Of a stretch of DNA of 59,919 bases, positions 9,190 through 19,616 are shown piece by piece. The DNA lies in IMG/VR virus record IMGVR_UViG_3300023703_000810. The stretch is one strand, 5' to 3'. How positions within the stretch are numbered: the stretch's first letter is position 1; the number at the start of each line of letters is the position of its first letter. Made by a program: the position numbers and the translations under genes. The DNA is from an uncultured virus (IMG/VR IMGVR_UViG_3300023703_000810). Lineage: Duplodnaviria > Heunggongvirae > Uroviricota > Caudoviricetes. Below the pieces are notes generated by a model. It searched no databases, was not told the origin of the DNA, and saw only the letters and a program-made list of their open reading frames with translations.

Positions 9190-9388
9190 TCGATTTGTTT
9201 TAGAGCAGCAGCTCCTCGATGCATGGAAAGTTACTGATGACATCCAGCTAGCATATGAATTGTCAATGGAAGGTAATGATCCAGATCAACTGGCTAATCT
9301 GTTGCTCGGTTTGAAGACTTTGTATGATATCAAATTTAATAAATTGTGGGATACATTTGAGAGTTGCGTTAGCAACCGAGAGGTTTAA
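9182..9388 (+). CDS. Hypothetical protein
   Basis: MTDRFVLEQQLLDAW; overlaps the previous stop. Confidence 0.65.
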   Translation: MTDRFVLEQQLLDAWKVTDDIQLAYELSMEGNDPDQLANLLLGLKTLYDIKFNKLWDTFESCVSNREV

Positions 9389-9390
9389 TT

Positions 9391-9963
9391 ATGTTTATGT
9401 TCGACGTTGAAACACTTGGTGTTGAGTCCAATGCTGTAGTTCTATCTGCAGCATTGGTCTATTTCGATCCAGAAAAGAAACCATCCTACCAGCAGATGTT
9501 GGATGAAGCATGCTTTGTGAAATTCAAAGCCAAAGAACAGGCGAAGATCGGGCGCACTGTAACTCTGTCCACACTTGAGTGGTGGCAGAATCAACACGAG
9601 TATGTTCGTCGTGTTTCCCTTGATCCATCTAGCGAAGACGTTTCAGCCGAAGATGGTATGACGATTCTTCATAACTATATGAACAAGTACCCAGACTCAC
9701 GTAAACAAACTATGTGGGCACGTGGTTCCCTTGACCAGTTAGCCATCGATTCATTGGCTACAAAATTAGGCATGGAGCCGTTGACAGGATATGCACAGTG
9801 GCGTGATGTACGCACTGCAGTAGATATCTTGTACGGCACAACAAATGGTTACTGTGGTGTTGATCATCCAGACTTCGAGCGAGCACAAGTTATCAAACAC
9901 CATCCAGTGCATGATTGCGCATATGATGCTATGCAACTACTTTATGGTAAAGCAGTTAGCTGA
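9391..9963 (+). CDS. DEDDh 3'-5' exonuclease (DexA-like)
   Basis: FDVETLG ExoI motif, WRDVRT, HHPVHDCAYD. Confidence 0.85.
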   Translation: MFMFDVETLGVESNAVVLSAALVYFDPEKKPSYQQMLDEACFVKFKAKEQAKIGRTVTLSTLEWWQNQHEYVRRVSLDPSSEDVSAEDGMTILHNYMNKYPDSRKQTMWARGSLDQLAIDSLATKLGMEPLTGYAQWRDVRTAVDILYGTTNGYCGVDHPDFERAQVIKHHPVHDCAYDAMQLLYGKAVS

Positions 9964-10547
9964 GCACACCTGTTGAAATGATATCTAGTCATATTACCAC
10001 CTTTGCCAGATTTACCACAATGCGGGCATGTAACTAAGTTTAGCGTCTTGGATATACCTTTTCTAGAATCTGACATTTTCTGTTTTACTTCAGGAGAATG
10101 TTTCTTACCCTGACGATATTCTGATATTTTTCTTAGATGTTCTTCAGAAAATGGACCACGTTTTATTCCTAGTTGCCCTTTGCTAATATTTTCTCGATGG
10201 GATTGTGATAACTTTTTACCCAAATTTCCATGGTGCCCTCTCCCATAGAATTTCTCATCTCCGTTATGCCTGTTTAGCCATTTATCTGACTGTGCTGCTT
10301 TGACTTTATTTAAGAATCTAGATTCCCATTTTCTAGCCTCTTCTGCTGTATTAAATATCTTTCTCACAGATACCGTGAACGCATCTTTACCGTGTTCTAA
10401 GATTAGTTGTTTTATAACTTTAGATGATGTATAATATACTGACCATAAGTCAGATGGGTTGCATCCTTTTCTATATCGAGAACCATAATAATATTGGTCT
10501 GTCGCTTTGAAGTGGATAAGATAGGTAAATGGGATAGTAGGTTTCAT
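9942..10547 (-). CDS. Putative homing endonuclease (GIY-YIG-like N-terminus, NUMOD3 repeats, Zn finger)
   Basis: FTYLI...YYYGSR...YYTSS; GKKHSPEVKQKMS; CPHC; TATAAATA 5 nt before the ATG. Confidence 0.75.
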   Translation of the reverse strand: MKPTIPFTYLIHFKATDQYYYGSRYRKGCNPSDLWSVYYTSSKVIKQLILEHGKDAFTVSVRKIFNTAEEARKWESRFLNKVKAAQSDKWLNRHNGDEKFYGRGHHGNLGKKLSQSHRENISKGQLGIKRGPFSEEHLRKISEYRQGKKHSPEVKQKMSDSRKGISKTLNLVTCPHCGKSGKGGNMTRYHFNRCAQLTALP

Positions 10548-10593
10548 ACTTTTATTTATAATTTTTAATGTTTCTAATGTACGGAAAGAACTA

Positions 10594-13080
10594 ATGGAAT
10601 TTTACACATCAGCCCACGCAATGGGGGACAAGATCCTTGTGCGTGGTTACGAGAATGGTCGTCCTTACAAACGTAAGATCGACTTCTCCCCAACTCTCTA
10701 TGTCCCAGCAAAGAAACCCTCCAAGTGGCAAACACTGGAGGGCACATTCGTTGATGAAGTCAAGCCTGGATCTATTCGAGAGACTCGTGACTTCATTAAA
10801 CGTTACGAAGGTATCGAAGGTTTTCCAGTCTATGGACAGACCAACTACGCCTACCAATATCTCAGCGACACTTACGACACCCTTGTTAACTGGGACATGG
10901 ATCTATTCAAGATCTTCACTATCGACATTGAGACAAAGACTGAATCTGGATTTCCAGATATCAAAACTGCCAATGAAGAAGTGACACTGATTACGATTAA
11001 AGATCTATTCACTAAGCGTATCATCACGTTCGGTGTTGGTGCGTTCGTTCACAATCGTGACGATCTAGTTTATATCAACTGTGCCACAGAGCATCAACTC
11101 CTTAAAGAGTTTATGATTTTCTGGCAGGGTAACTATCCAGATGCCATTACTGGTTGGAACACTGACTTTTTTGACGTGCCATATTTGGTTCGTCGAATTG
11201 CGCGTGAACTTGGTGAGACTTTTGCTAATAAGATTAGTCCATGGGGCTATGTCAACGAGCGTAAGACTTTCATTAAAGGTAATGAAGAGATTCATTATGA
11301 CATCGTGGGTATTGCTCAGCTGGACTACCTTGAACTTTACAAGAAGTACACTTACCAAAAGCAAGAGTCATATCGTCTTGACTACATTGCCGAGCAAGAA
11401 CTTGGAGATCGCAAGAAAGAAAATCCAGGCGAATCATTCAAAGACTTCTACACGAACCATTGGCAACAATTCGTCGAGTATAACATCCATGACGTAGAGT
11501 TGGTTGACCGAATGGACGATAAGATGCGTCTGCTTGAATTGCATCTGACCATGGCTTACCAAGCCAAGATCAATATGGAAGATGTCTACTCACAGGTACG
11601 TATGTGGGACTCTATCATCTATAACCATCTGCGCGCAAAGGGTATTGTCATTCCAGCCAAGTCTTACTCTGGTAAAGATGCTCAGTTTGAAGGTGCGTTC
11701 GTTAAAGATCCATTGATTGGTCTACACAAGTGGGTTGCTTCGTTCGACTTGAATTCATTGTATCCTCACTTGATTATGCAATACAACATTTCACCAGAGA
11801 CTCTGACTTCAGAGAAACTCCCAGTGACTGTTGAGAAGCTACTCAACCAAGAAGTTGATACTAGCTACGCTCACAAGCGAGACCTAACTGTAACTGCCAA
11901 TGGTTGGTGTTATCGTAAAGACATCAAAGGGTTCATGCCCGAGTTGATGGAGAAGATGTACAAAGACCGTTCTAAGTTCAAGAAGCAGATGCTTGGTGTT
12001 GAACAAGAGTATCAGAACGATAAGTCAAAGGTTCATCTCCTAAAAGAGATTAGCCGACTGAACAACCTGCAGATGGCGATGAAGATTGCTTTGAACTCTG
12101 CTTACGGTGCGATGGGTAATCAGTATTTCCGATACTTCGATATTCGTATGGCTGAGGGTATTACTACATCGGGTCAGTTGTCCATTCGTTGGATGGCTAA
12201 CAAGATCAATGCATATATGAACAAGGTGATGAAGACTGAAGGTAAAGATTACATTATTGCGATCGATACTGACTCAATCTACCTGACTCTGGAAACTCTG
12301 GTTGAACATACTTGTGCTGGTAAGACCACTGAACAGAAGATCAAGTACATGGACAAAGTCTGTGAAGAGATTTTCCAACCATTCATTGATACTGGTTATC
12401 AGGAATTGGCTCAATATATGAATGCGTATTCTCAGAAGATGGTTATGAAGCGAGAAGTTCTTGCTGACAAAGCCATCTGGACTGCGAAGAAGCGATACAT
12501 TATGAACGTCCATAACTCCGAAGGTGTGCAGTTCGCTAAGCCTAAGGTTAAGGTTATGGGTCTTGAGATGGTCAAGTCATCTACTCCAGCCGTCATCCGC
12601 GACAAGCTAAAGGATTCCATTAGTGTTATTCTAGAAGGTGATGAAAAGAAACTCCATAAGTATGTCACAGACTTCAAGATGGACTTTGACAAGATGCCTC
12701 TAGCTGACGTAGCATTCCCTCGTGGTGTCAACGGTATGAAACAGTATGCTGGTTCTCCAATTTATACGAAGGGTACTCCAATCCATGTTCGTGGTGCGTT
12801 ACTTTATAACCACTACATCAAGAAGCATGGACTTGATAAGAAGTACGCTGCGATCCGAGATGGTGATAAGATCAAGTTCGTGTATGTTCGTACTCCGAAT
12901 CCTCTGCAGGAAGATGTGATTGCGTTCAGCCAAGAGCTACCTGCCGAATTTGGATTGAATACATATATTGACTATGACAAACAATTCGAAAAGGTATTCT
13001 TGGATGCCTTACAAATTGTCATTGAGCCACTAGGTTGGAAGACGCAAGAGGAAAGTTCGTTAGAGGGTTTTTTCGGGTGA
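10594..13080 (+). CDS. 43: Family B DNA polymerase (gp43)
   Basis: DIET exonuclease motif, SFDLNSLYPH, KIALNSAYG, IDTDS. Confidence 0.98.
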   Translation: MEFYTSAHAMGDKILVRGYENGRPYKRKIDFSPTLYVPAKKPSKWQTLEGTFVDEVKPGSIRETRDFIKRYEGIEGFPVYGQTNYAYQYLSDTYDTLVNWDMDLFKIFTIDIETKTESGFPDIKTANEEVTLITIKDLFTKRIITFGVGAFVHNRDDLVYINCATEHQLLKEFMIFWQGNYPDAITGWNTDFFDVPYLVRRIARELGETFANKISPWGYVNERKTFIKGNEEIHYDIVGIAQLDYLELYKKYTYQKQESYRLDYIAEQELGDRKKENPGESFKDFYTNHWQQFVEYNIHDVELVDRMDDKMRLLELHLTMAYQAKINMEDVYSQVRMWDSIIYNHLRAKGIVIPAKSYSGKDAQFEGAFVKDPLIGLHKWVASFDLNSLYPHLIMQYNISPETLTSEKLPVTVEKLLNQEVDTSYAHKRDLTVTANGWCYRKDIKGFMPELMEKMYKDRSKFKKQMLGVEQEYQNDKSKVHLLKEISRLNNLQMAMKIALNSAYGAMGNQYFRYFDIRMAEGITTSGQLSIRWMANKINAYMNKVMKTEGKDYIIAIDTDSIYLTLETLVEHTCAGKTTEQKIKYMDKVCEEIFQPFIDTGYQELAQYMNAYSQKMVMKREVLADKAIWTAKKRYIMNVHNSEGVQFAKPKVKVMGLEMVKSSTPAVIRDKLKDSISVILEGDEKKLHKYVTDFKMDFDKMPLADVAFPRGVNGMKQYAGSPIYTKGTPIHVRGALLYNHYIKKHGLDKKYAAIRDGDKIKFVYVRTPNPLQEDVIAFSQELPAEFGLNTYIDYDKQFEKVFLDALQIVIEPLGWKTQEESSLEGFFG

Positions 13081-13644
13081 TGTCTTGCAGTTATTGAAGT
13101 GCCATCTAAGCATTGCGTTTAGTTTACCTTCTTTACTGCAATGTGGACATTTTGTTATAACTTGTCCTTCTTTTAGGTTTAACTCTGTTATTAGAGGGGA
13201 ATCTTCTGGAAGATAATAAGACTTTTTACCGTCGTTATAATGTTTATGTTTTACTTTGTAACGATCTTTCATAGACTGTTTATGGGACTCGCTTTTAGGT
13301 TTTCTAAAATTAGTTTTCTTAGACTCTGGTAGTTTATATCCACCTTTGTTTTTGAACTTGTAGTCTCCATTTTGACAGTTTAGCCAGACCTCTGACTTAG
13401 CAGCATTAAGTTTAGATAAGACTTTAGTCTCCCATCTAACCGCTTCTTCTGCAGTTAAGAATGTCCTTCTTATCTGAGTTTGGAAGTTTTCTACTCCATA
13501 TTTTTCGATTAGAGTATGAACTCTTTTAGATGATGTGAAGTATGAGTTCCAGAGTTGGTCTGGGTGGCAGTTTGATGAGTACCGAACACCATAGTAAACT
13601 TGGTTAGTTGGGATACACTTAATAAGGTAGGTAAATGGTTTCAT
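13060..13644 (-). CDS. Putative homing endonuclease (paralogous to 9942-10547)
   Basis: MKPFTYLI...YYGVR...YFTSS; CPHC...RWHFNNC. Confidence 0.75.
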   Translation of the reverse strand: MKPFTYLIKCIPTNQVYYGVRYSSNCHPDQLWNSYFTSSKRVHTLIEKYGVENFQTQIRRTFLTAEEAVRWETKVLSKLNAAKSEVWLNCQNGDYKFKNKGGYKLPESKKTNFRKPKSESHKQSMKDRYKVKHKHYNDGKKSYYLPEDSPLITELNLKEGQVITKCPHCSKEGKLNAMLRWHFNNCKTSPEKTL

Positions 13645-13679
13645 ATAAGTATATAGGAATTTAACCTTTTTGGATTACT

Positions 13680-14219
13680 ATGAAGAACATTAGAATCATT
13701 AAGACTGGTTTAAATGTGTCAAAGATTTTGGCACAGTTAGAAAAATACCCAGAGGACTGGGGAGTTCAGAAAAGAGTAGATGGAGTTAAGTCCATGCTCT
13801 CATATGGATTCCCCGAAGTTCAAGCTGGTGTATTGCAGCTTGTGATGGGTGGTGTTGAACATATAGACCAGTACGTTGGAGACACAGAGTATTGTATTCC
13901 AACTCCAGCTATTCAACACCACACAGAAGTCATTGGCTTCGTTAAGCGACACTTTAAGAAAGTCAGTCGATGTGGTTTCCTATCTCTGCCAGTTGGTGGA
14001 GAAGTTGGAACGCACATTGATATTGGAAGTTACTACCAAACTAGAGACCGCTATCATCTGTCCATCCAAGGCAGATACATATACACAGTGGGAGATGAAT
14101 CTGTTACGGTAGAACCTGGAACCCTGCTATGGTTCAACAATAAACTACCCCATGGGACTAAGAACATAGGCGACTGTGTTCGTGTAACCTTTGTATTTGA
14201 CGTACCACATAAGAAATGA
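13680..14219 (+). CDS. Aspartyl/asparaginyl beta-hydroxylase-like 2OG-Fe(II) oxygenase
   Basis: HID...RYHL...WFNNKLPH...N...RVTFVFD. Confidence 0.8.
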   Translation: MKNIRIIKTGLNVSKILAQLEKYPEDWGVQKRVDGVKSMLSYGFPEVQAGVLQLVMGGVEHIDQYVGDTEYCIPTPAIQHHTEVIGFVKRHFKKVSRCGFLSLPVGGEVGTHIDIGSYYQTRDRYHLSIQGRYIYTVGDESVTVEPGTLLWFNNKLPHGTKNIGDCVRVTFVFDVPHKK

Positions 14220-14794
14220 ACGTTCTATTTTTACATATACCTAAGAATGCTGGCTCTGCTGTCCGCCATGCTATGATTGATAGTCCAGACATCAACTATC
14301 AGAAGTGGATGAACAATCACCATTTCTTATCTACTTTGGTTAATCGTTGCGAGTATCATAAGTATAAACCCGACTTCTCTTTTTGTATTGCAAGAAACCC
14401 ATACGACAGAGTCGAGTCTATCTTTTCTTACTCTAGGATTATGTACAAAGATTACTATGATACATATTCTTTACAACAGAAGAAAGCTGACTACCAAGAC
14501 TACGTGGCATATATGAATTTTGATTTCAAGCCATGGTTAAAGTACGTGCTGTTTAATCGAACTAAGAATTCTACAGACAGCATCAGCCGAACTCAGAGTA
14601 TGTTCATTGACTGCGATTATCCGATTGAGATATTCAAGTATGAAAACTTGGAGCCTCTGGAAAGTCGTCTTGGTGTTAAGTTACAAACAGTCAACTCCCA
14701 TCCGAAACAAAAGGTTGAATGGGATGATGAGACTAGAGATATGGTTCGTCTTTACTACAAGAAAGATTTTGAACAGTTTGGTTACGAATTATAA
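14216..14794 (+). CDS. Sulfotransferase family protein
   Basis: FLHIPKNAGS and ARNPYDRVES; paralog of 4566-5156. Confidence 0.85.
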   Translation: MNVLFLHIPKNAGSAVRHAMIDSPDINYQKWMNNHHFLSTLVNRCEYHKYKPDFSFCIARNPYDRVESIFSYSRIMYKDYYDTYSLQQKKADYQDYVAYMNFDFKPWLKYVLFNRTKNSTDSISRTQSMFIDCDYPIEIFKYENLEPLESRLGVKLQTVNSHPKQKVEWDDETRDMVRLYYKKDFEQFGYEL

Positions 14795-14823
14795 TTGCCT
14801 TGCATACGGTGATAGTGTATAAT
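14795..14823 (+). promoter_or_regulatory. sigma70-type promoter
   Basis: TTGCCT-N17-TATAAT. Confidence 0.6.
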
Positions 14824-14843
14824 ATATTTTTAGGAGATAAGTT

Positions 14844-15092
14844 ATGAAAGTTTTTAAATTTTATGCCGAATGGTGTGGTCCATGTAAAGGACTCAGTATG
14901 GTTGTTAAAGGCGCAGCCGATAAGATTACAATTCCTATCGAAGACGTGAACATTGACGAGAACATTATGCTTTCTCAAGAGTTCAAAGTTCGTTCTGTAC
15001 CAACTATGATTTTAGTTGATGACCAAGAGAATGAAATCAAACGCCATGTAGGTTTGATGAATGAAGCCCAACTATTGGAATGGTTGAAATAA
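14844..15092 (+). CDS. trxA: Thioredoxin
   Basis: WCGPC active site, SVPT. Confidence 0.92.
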   Translation: MKVFKFYAEWCGPCKGLSMVVKGAADKITIPIEDVNIDENIMLSQEFKVRSVPTMILVDDQENEIKRHVGLMNEAQLLEWLK

Positions 15093-15476
15093 ATGCGTGA
15101 CCCATTAAGGAATGTTATGAATAGTGTAAAGATGAATCGTCTTGAGTTGCTCAAGATCGTGAAAGAAAATGCCACCAAGCATGTGGCTGATTATGATGAA
15201 GCTGTAGCAGATTACAAACTCGCAGTTGTGAAACTTGCTAAAACGAATCTGAAGTTGGCCAACACTGGCGAATTAGAACAGATTCGTAAGATTAAAAATC
15301 TTCCACAAAGCCCACAGAATTACGCTGACAACTACAGCCGAGCGATTCGTATGCTTGAGTTATCGGTTGAAGAAATCATCGAAGTCGAAGAACACATCTT
15401 TAATCAGTTGGTTCTCGACGAGTGGGGTTGGAAGCAACAATTCGTGGCACAATCTGCCTTGTATAAATCTCTGTAA
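15093..15476 (+). CDS. Conserved phage hypothetical protein
   Basis: YSRAIRMLE...VLDEWGWK motif; start may be 15117. Confidence 0.7.
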   Translation: MRDPLRNVMNSVKMNRLELLKIVKENATKHVADYDEAVADYKLAVVKLAKTNLKLANTGELEQIRKIKNLPQSPQNYADNYSRAIRMLELSVEEIIEVEEHIFNQLVLDEWGWKQQFVAQSALYKSL

Positions 15477-15484
15477 GGATAATA

Positions 15485-16555
15485 ATGAGCATTCTTGATA
15501 AAATCAAGAAGAACACTACGATTAAGGACTCTGCAGTCCTTAACGTATCTAAGTTCTTCACTAAGAAGGATATGATTCCTACTTCTATTCCAATCATCAA
15601 CGTTGCCTTATCTGGTCGTCTTGATGGTGGTCTAACTCCAGGGCTTACAATGTGGGCTGGTCCATCTAAACACTTTAAGACCGCATTCAGTTTGCTGATG
15701 GCCAAGTCTTACCTTGACAAATATCCAGACGCTGCTCTGTTGTTCTATGACTCTGAATTCGGTACTCCACAGTCTTACTTTGATTCCTTTGGTATTGATA
15801 CTAACCGTGTTCTCCATACACCTATTACTGACGTAGAACAATTGAAGTTCGACATCATGCAACAGCTTCAGAACGTAGATCGTGGAGATCGTCTGATGAT
15901 TGTTATTGACTCAATCGGTAACTTGGCTTCTAAGAAAGAAGTTGAAGATGCTTTGGATGGCAAGTCTGTTGCCGATATGTCTCGTGCTAAACAGATGAAG
16001 TCTTTATTCCGCATGGTCACACCTCACTTGTCTATCAAAGACATCCCGATGGTTGTAGTGAACCACACCTACAAAGAAATTGGTTTATATCCAAAGGATA
16101 TCGTTGGTGGTGGTACTGGTTCTTACTACTCTGCCGACAACATCTTCATTCTTGGTCGTCAGCAAGAAAAAGAAGGTACTGAAGTTATCGGTTACAACTT
16201 CATTATCAACGTAGAGAAAAGTCGTTATGTTAAAGAAAAATCTAAAATCCCTGTCAGTGTATCTTTCGATGGCGGTATTAGCAAGTGGTCTGGTCTGCTT
16301 GATGTTGCACTCGAATCAGGACACGTTATCAAGCCTAGCAATGGTTGGTATTCGCAAGTAAACCAAGAGACTGGTGTTGTTGAAGACAAGAAGTATCGTC
16401 TCAAGGATACAGATACCAAAGAGTTCTGGATGCCTCTGTTGACTCAGAAGTCGTTCTATGATTACATCAAGAACAAATACTCTATGGGTCAATCTGATAT
16501 GATTCAATCTGACGATCTAGACAAAGCCTTAGAGGAATTGGAATTCGATGAGTGA
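15485..16555 (+). CDS. uvsX: RecA-like recombinase UvsX
   Basis: GPSKHFKT P-loop, YDSEFG, IDSIGNLASKKE. Confidence 0.97.
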   Translation: MSILDKIKKNTTIKDSAVLNVSKFFTKKDMIPTSIPIINVALSGRLDGGLTPGLTMWAGPSKHFKTAFSLLMAKSYLDKYPDAALLFYDSEFGTPQSYFDSFGIDTNRVLHTPITDVEQLKFDIMQQLQNVDRGDRLMIVIDSIGNLASKKEVEDALDGKSVADMSRAKQMKSLFRMVTPHLSIKDIPMVVVNHTYKEIGLYPKDIVGGGTGSYYSADNIFILGRQQEKEGTEVIGYNFIINVEKSRYVKEKSKIPVSVSFDGGISKWSGLLDVALESGHVIKPSNGWYSQVNQETGVVEDKKYRLKDTDTKEFWMPLLTQKSFYDYIKNKYSMGQSDMIQSDDLDKALEELEFDE

Positions 16556-16880
16556 CCATCTAGCTAAACCACCATTCGTAGTCTTGGAGAGTCGCAGTGG
16601 CGAACAAGACCGAATCAAGTTGACAGAAGGTGAATACTCAGGTATAATCTTCTCTTACGGTGCGGTTAGCTTTGATGAAGACGGTGACACCTGCAAAATG
16701 CATTTCGATTATGAGGTGCATGAAGATGCAGGTGTCACTTATATCAAAGAAGAACTAGAGCACTATCTCGGTGACTTGCTCCAATTTATAATTATGGACC
16801 AGTTACAAAAGAATAGTATTTCCTACACAGGCGGGGTTGATGAGATTAGAACAACAGATTCTGAGCAGACTGATTTATGA
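16548..16880 (+). CDS. Hypothetical protein at the gp40 position
   Basis: Between uvsX and 41, as for T4 gene 40. Confidence 0.6.
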   Translation: MSDHLAKPPFVVLESRSGEQDRIKLTEGEYSGIIFSYGAVSFDEDGDTCKMHFDYEVHEDAGVTYIKEELEHYLGDLLQFIIMDQLQKNSISYTGGVDEIRTTDSEQTDL

Positions 16881-18234
16881 TGAGAACTACTGCCGAAAAG
16901 TAATTCCGTTTTTGAAGCGTGAGTATTTTATCGACAGAAAAGAGTCGATCATTATCAACGAGATTTCAGAATTCTTCACGAAGTATAACAAGCCAGTAAC
17001 AAAAGAGATTCTGGCAATCGAGGTAAGTAACCGAACTGACATCAACGAAAAAGAACTTGTTGAAGTCAGTTCGTTTATTGATACGCTTGTTGATGCACCA
17101 ATCAATGAAGACTGGTTGCTTACCAACACAGAGAAGTTTTGTAAAGACAAGGCGGTGTATAATGCAATCCTTACCTCCATCCGAATCCAAGAAGGTCGGG
17201 ACAAGACGTTCACTACTGATTCAATCCCATCTATTCTCTCTGATGCTCTTGCCGTTTCATTTGATAATCATGTTGGTCACGATTATCTTGATGACGCTGA
17301 CTCTCGCTATGAGTTTTATCATCGTGTTGAAGAGAAGGTTGCTTTCGACCTTGAGATGTTCAACAAGATTACCAAGGGTGGTCTGTCCAAGAAAACTCTC
17401 AATATCGTCCTAGCTGGTACTGGTGTTGGTAAGTCTCTGTTTATGTGTCACGTTGCTGCTGGTGCTCTAAGTGCTGGTAAAAATGTTTTATACATAACAA
17501 TGGAGATGGCTGAAGAACGTATCGCCGAACGTATTGACGCGAACCTTCTTAACCTGACCATGGACGAATTGAAAGTGATTGACAAGGATATCTACGAATC
17601 ACGACTGGCTAAGTTGGCCAAGAAGACTCAAGGTAAGTTGATCATCAAAGAATACCCGACTGCTGGTGCCCATGCTGGACACTTCAGAGCCTTGTTGGAA
17701 GAGTTAAAGTTGAAGCGTGAGTTTAAACCCGATATCATTATGATTGACTATTTGAACATCTGTGCTTCTCAACGAATGAAGCAAGGTGGCTCAGTTAACT
17801 CTTATACATATATTAAGGCAATTGCTGAAGAGTTACGTGGTCTTGCAGTTGAGTATAACGTACCGATCGTATCGGCTACTCAGACTACTCGTTCAGGTTA
17901 TACAAACAGCGATCCAGGGCTGGAAGATACCTCAGAATCTTTCGGTCTACCTGCCACTGCTGACTTTATGTTTGCGTTGGTAAGTAATGAAGAATTAGAG
18001 CAGTTGAATCAGATTATCGTTAAACAACTCAAGAATCGTTACAACGATCCAGGTTTTTACAAACGATTTGTTATCGGAGTTGATCGAGCTAAGATGAAAC
18101 TTTACGATGTGGAAGCATCCGCACAAGAAGGTTTGATGGACGCTGGTCATAAGAAGGATGATGTTCCGATGTTTGATAAGAGTGATTTTGGTCAACGTGC
18201 TAAGGCTGAGAGTTTTGACGGTTGGAAATTTTAA
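16840..18234 (+). CDS. 41: Replicative helicase (gp41)
   Basis: AGTGVGKS, ITMEMAEE, IDYLNIC, SATQTTR, KNRYND. Confidence 0.97.
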   Translation: MRLEQQILSRLIYDENYCRKVIPFLKREYFIDRKESIIINEISEFFTKYNKPVTKEILAIEVSNRTDINEKELVEVSSFIDTLVDAPINEDWLLTNTEKFCKDKAVYNAILTSIRIQEGRDKTFTTDSIPSILSDALAVSFDNHVGHDYLDDADSRYEFYHRVEEKVAFDLEMFNKITKGGLSKKTLNIVLAGTGVGKSLFMCHVAAGALSAGKNVLYITMEMAEERIAERIDANLLNLTMDELKVIDKDIYESRLAKLAKKTQGKLIIKEYPTAGAHAGHFRALLEELKLKREFKPDIIMIDYLNICASQRMKQGGSVNSYTYIKAIAEELRGLAVEYNVPIVSATQTTRSGYTNSDPGLEDTSESFGLPATADFMFALVSNEELEQLNQIIVKQLKNRYNDPGFYKRFVIGVDRAKMKLYDVEASAQEGLMDAGHKKDDVPMFDKSDFGQRAKAESFDGWKF

Positions 18235-18245
18235 GGAGAAGAGAA

Positions 18246-19616
18246 ATGGTTAAAGTAATTGTAGCAGAAAGAAAATATGACTGCGCTCATCTTGAGGGTC
18301 AATTCCTAGATGAATCACATTACGACATTTTGGTTGATGAAGACGCTGACGTTTATATGCCAGCTAACTGTGACATTGCAACTCAAGCTGAGTGTGGTAC
18401 TGGAAGAGACTGCTCATCTTGTGACAAGGGTACTGACGAACTGCGCATCGCATTTAAGTTCCGTAAGAACTACTTCAGTAAAGAACAACAAGACGCAGCT
18501 TATGCTGGTCTGCGTGAAGCTGCAGTAGAGACACAGAACCGTGGTATGGCTGCTGGTCCACGTGGCGAGAAGCTAGGTAATCGTGAGTGGGTTACTGAGT
18601 ACGAGTACGATGTCATCGACTATTTCTCTAATCCATCTGCCAACTTGTTTGGTGAAGATCCAATTGAAGAGATCCGTGCATCGCACAAAGGTAAGAAAGA
18701 ACAACCATCTACACGTAACAACGTTTGGGGTATCCAAGCAGTTAAGAAAGATGGCTTCGACTTCGAAACTTGGGTTGATGCAACTAAGAAACTCTCAAAT
18801 GATGAGATGAAAGCAGAAGCAGATCGAATCGTTAAGAAGTATGTGTGTTCCACTACTTACGCCAATGGTGTGTTCTCTGGTATCGCTGGTTGGTTCGATC
18901 GTTATCCACGAATCCCTTATGGTCGTGCAACATCTTACACTCAACGTGAACCAGAAAAGTTTGCGATGGCATTCCCATTCCTACAGACTCTTGCTAAAGG
19001 TTTCAAGGACTTGCTCCCATGGCGTTACAACAACCAGATGGAAGCTGCCAAGAAAATTGATCAAGGCTTCTTAGTTCCAGGGACTCCATTCACTACAATC
19101 ACTGTGAACAAGACATTCAGAACTGCTGCTCACTACGATGCTGGTGACTTGCAGACTGGTTTATCTAACCTGTTGGTTCTTTCCAACAATGGTAAATACT
19201 CTGGTGGATATTTGATCGCTCCTGAGTATCGTGTTGCTGTGAACGTGCGTCCAGGTGACTTACTCTTGATCAACAACCACGAAGTTATGCATGGAAATAC
19301 TCCGATTGTTCTTGAAGACGAATCTGCCGAGCGTATTTCTTTGGTATGCTATTTCCGTGAGAAGATGCTTGAGTTAGGTTCTAAGGCATACGAAGATTGT
19401 CGTTATGAATATGTTGAATCTCGTCGTCTTGATAAAGAACATCCAGGTCATAAGAATGAAGATGGCTCTGCTCGTCACTTGTGGAATGGTGTGAGTCAAG
19501 GTATGTGGGAAGACAAAGAGTGGTATGATTACCTAGAACGTAAACTTGGTACTGAAGAATTGCACAAGTATCATCCACAGTCTATCAAGTCCAACGACTT
19601 AGAAAGTTTCTTTTAA
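18246..19616 (+). CDS. TET/JBP-family 2OG-Fe(II) 5-methylpyrimidine dioxygenase
   Basis: FTTITVNKTFRTAAHYDAGD (HxD), HEVMHGNTP, RISLVCYFRE. Confidence 0.85.
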   Translation: MVKVIVAERKYDCAHLEGQFLDESHYDILVDEDADVYMPANCDIATQAECGTGRDCSSCDKGTDELRIAFKFRKNYFSKEQQDAAYAGLREAAVETQNRGMAAGPRGEKLGNREWVTEYEYDVIDYFSNPSANLFGEDPIEEIRASHKGKKEQPSTRNNVWGIQAVKKDGFDFETWVDATKKLSNDEMKAEADRIVKKYVCSTTYANGVFSGIAGWFDRYPRIPYGRATSYTQREPEKFAMAFPFLQTLAKGFKDLLPWRYNNQMEAAKKIDQGFLVPGTPFTTITVNKTFRTAAHYDAGDLQTGLSNLLVLSNNGKYSGGYLIAPEYRVAVNVRPGDLLLINNHEVMHGNTPIVLEDESAERISLVCYFREKMLELGSKAYEDCRYEYVESRRLDKEHPGHKNEDGSARHLWNGVSQGMWEDKEWYDYLERKLGTEELHKYHPQSIKSNDLESFF

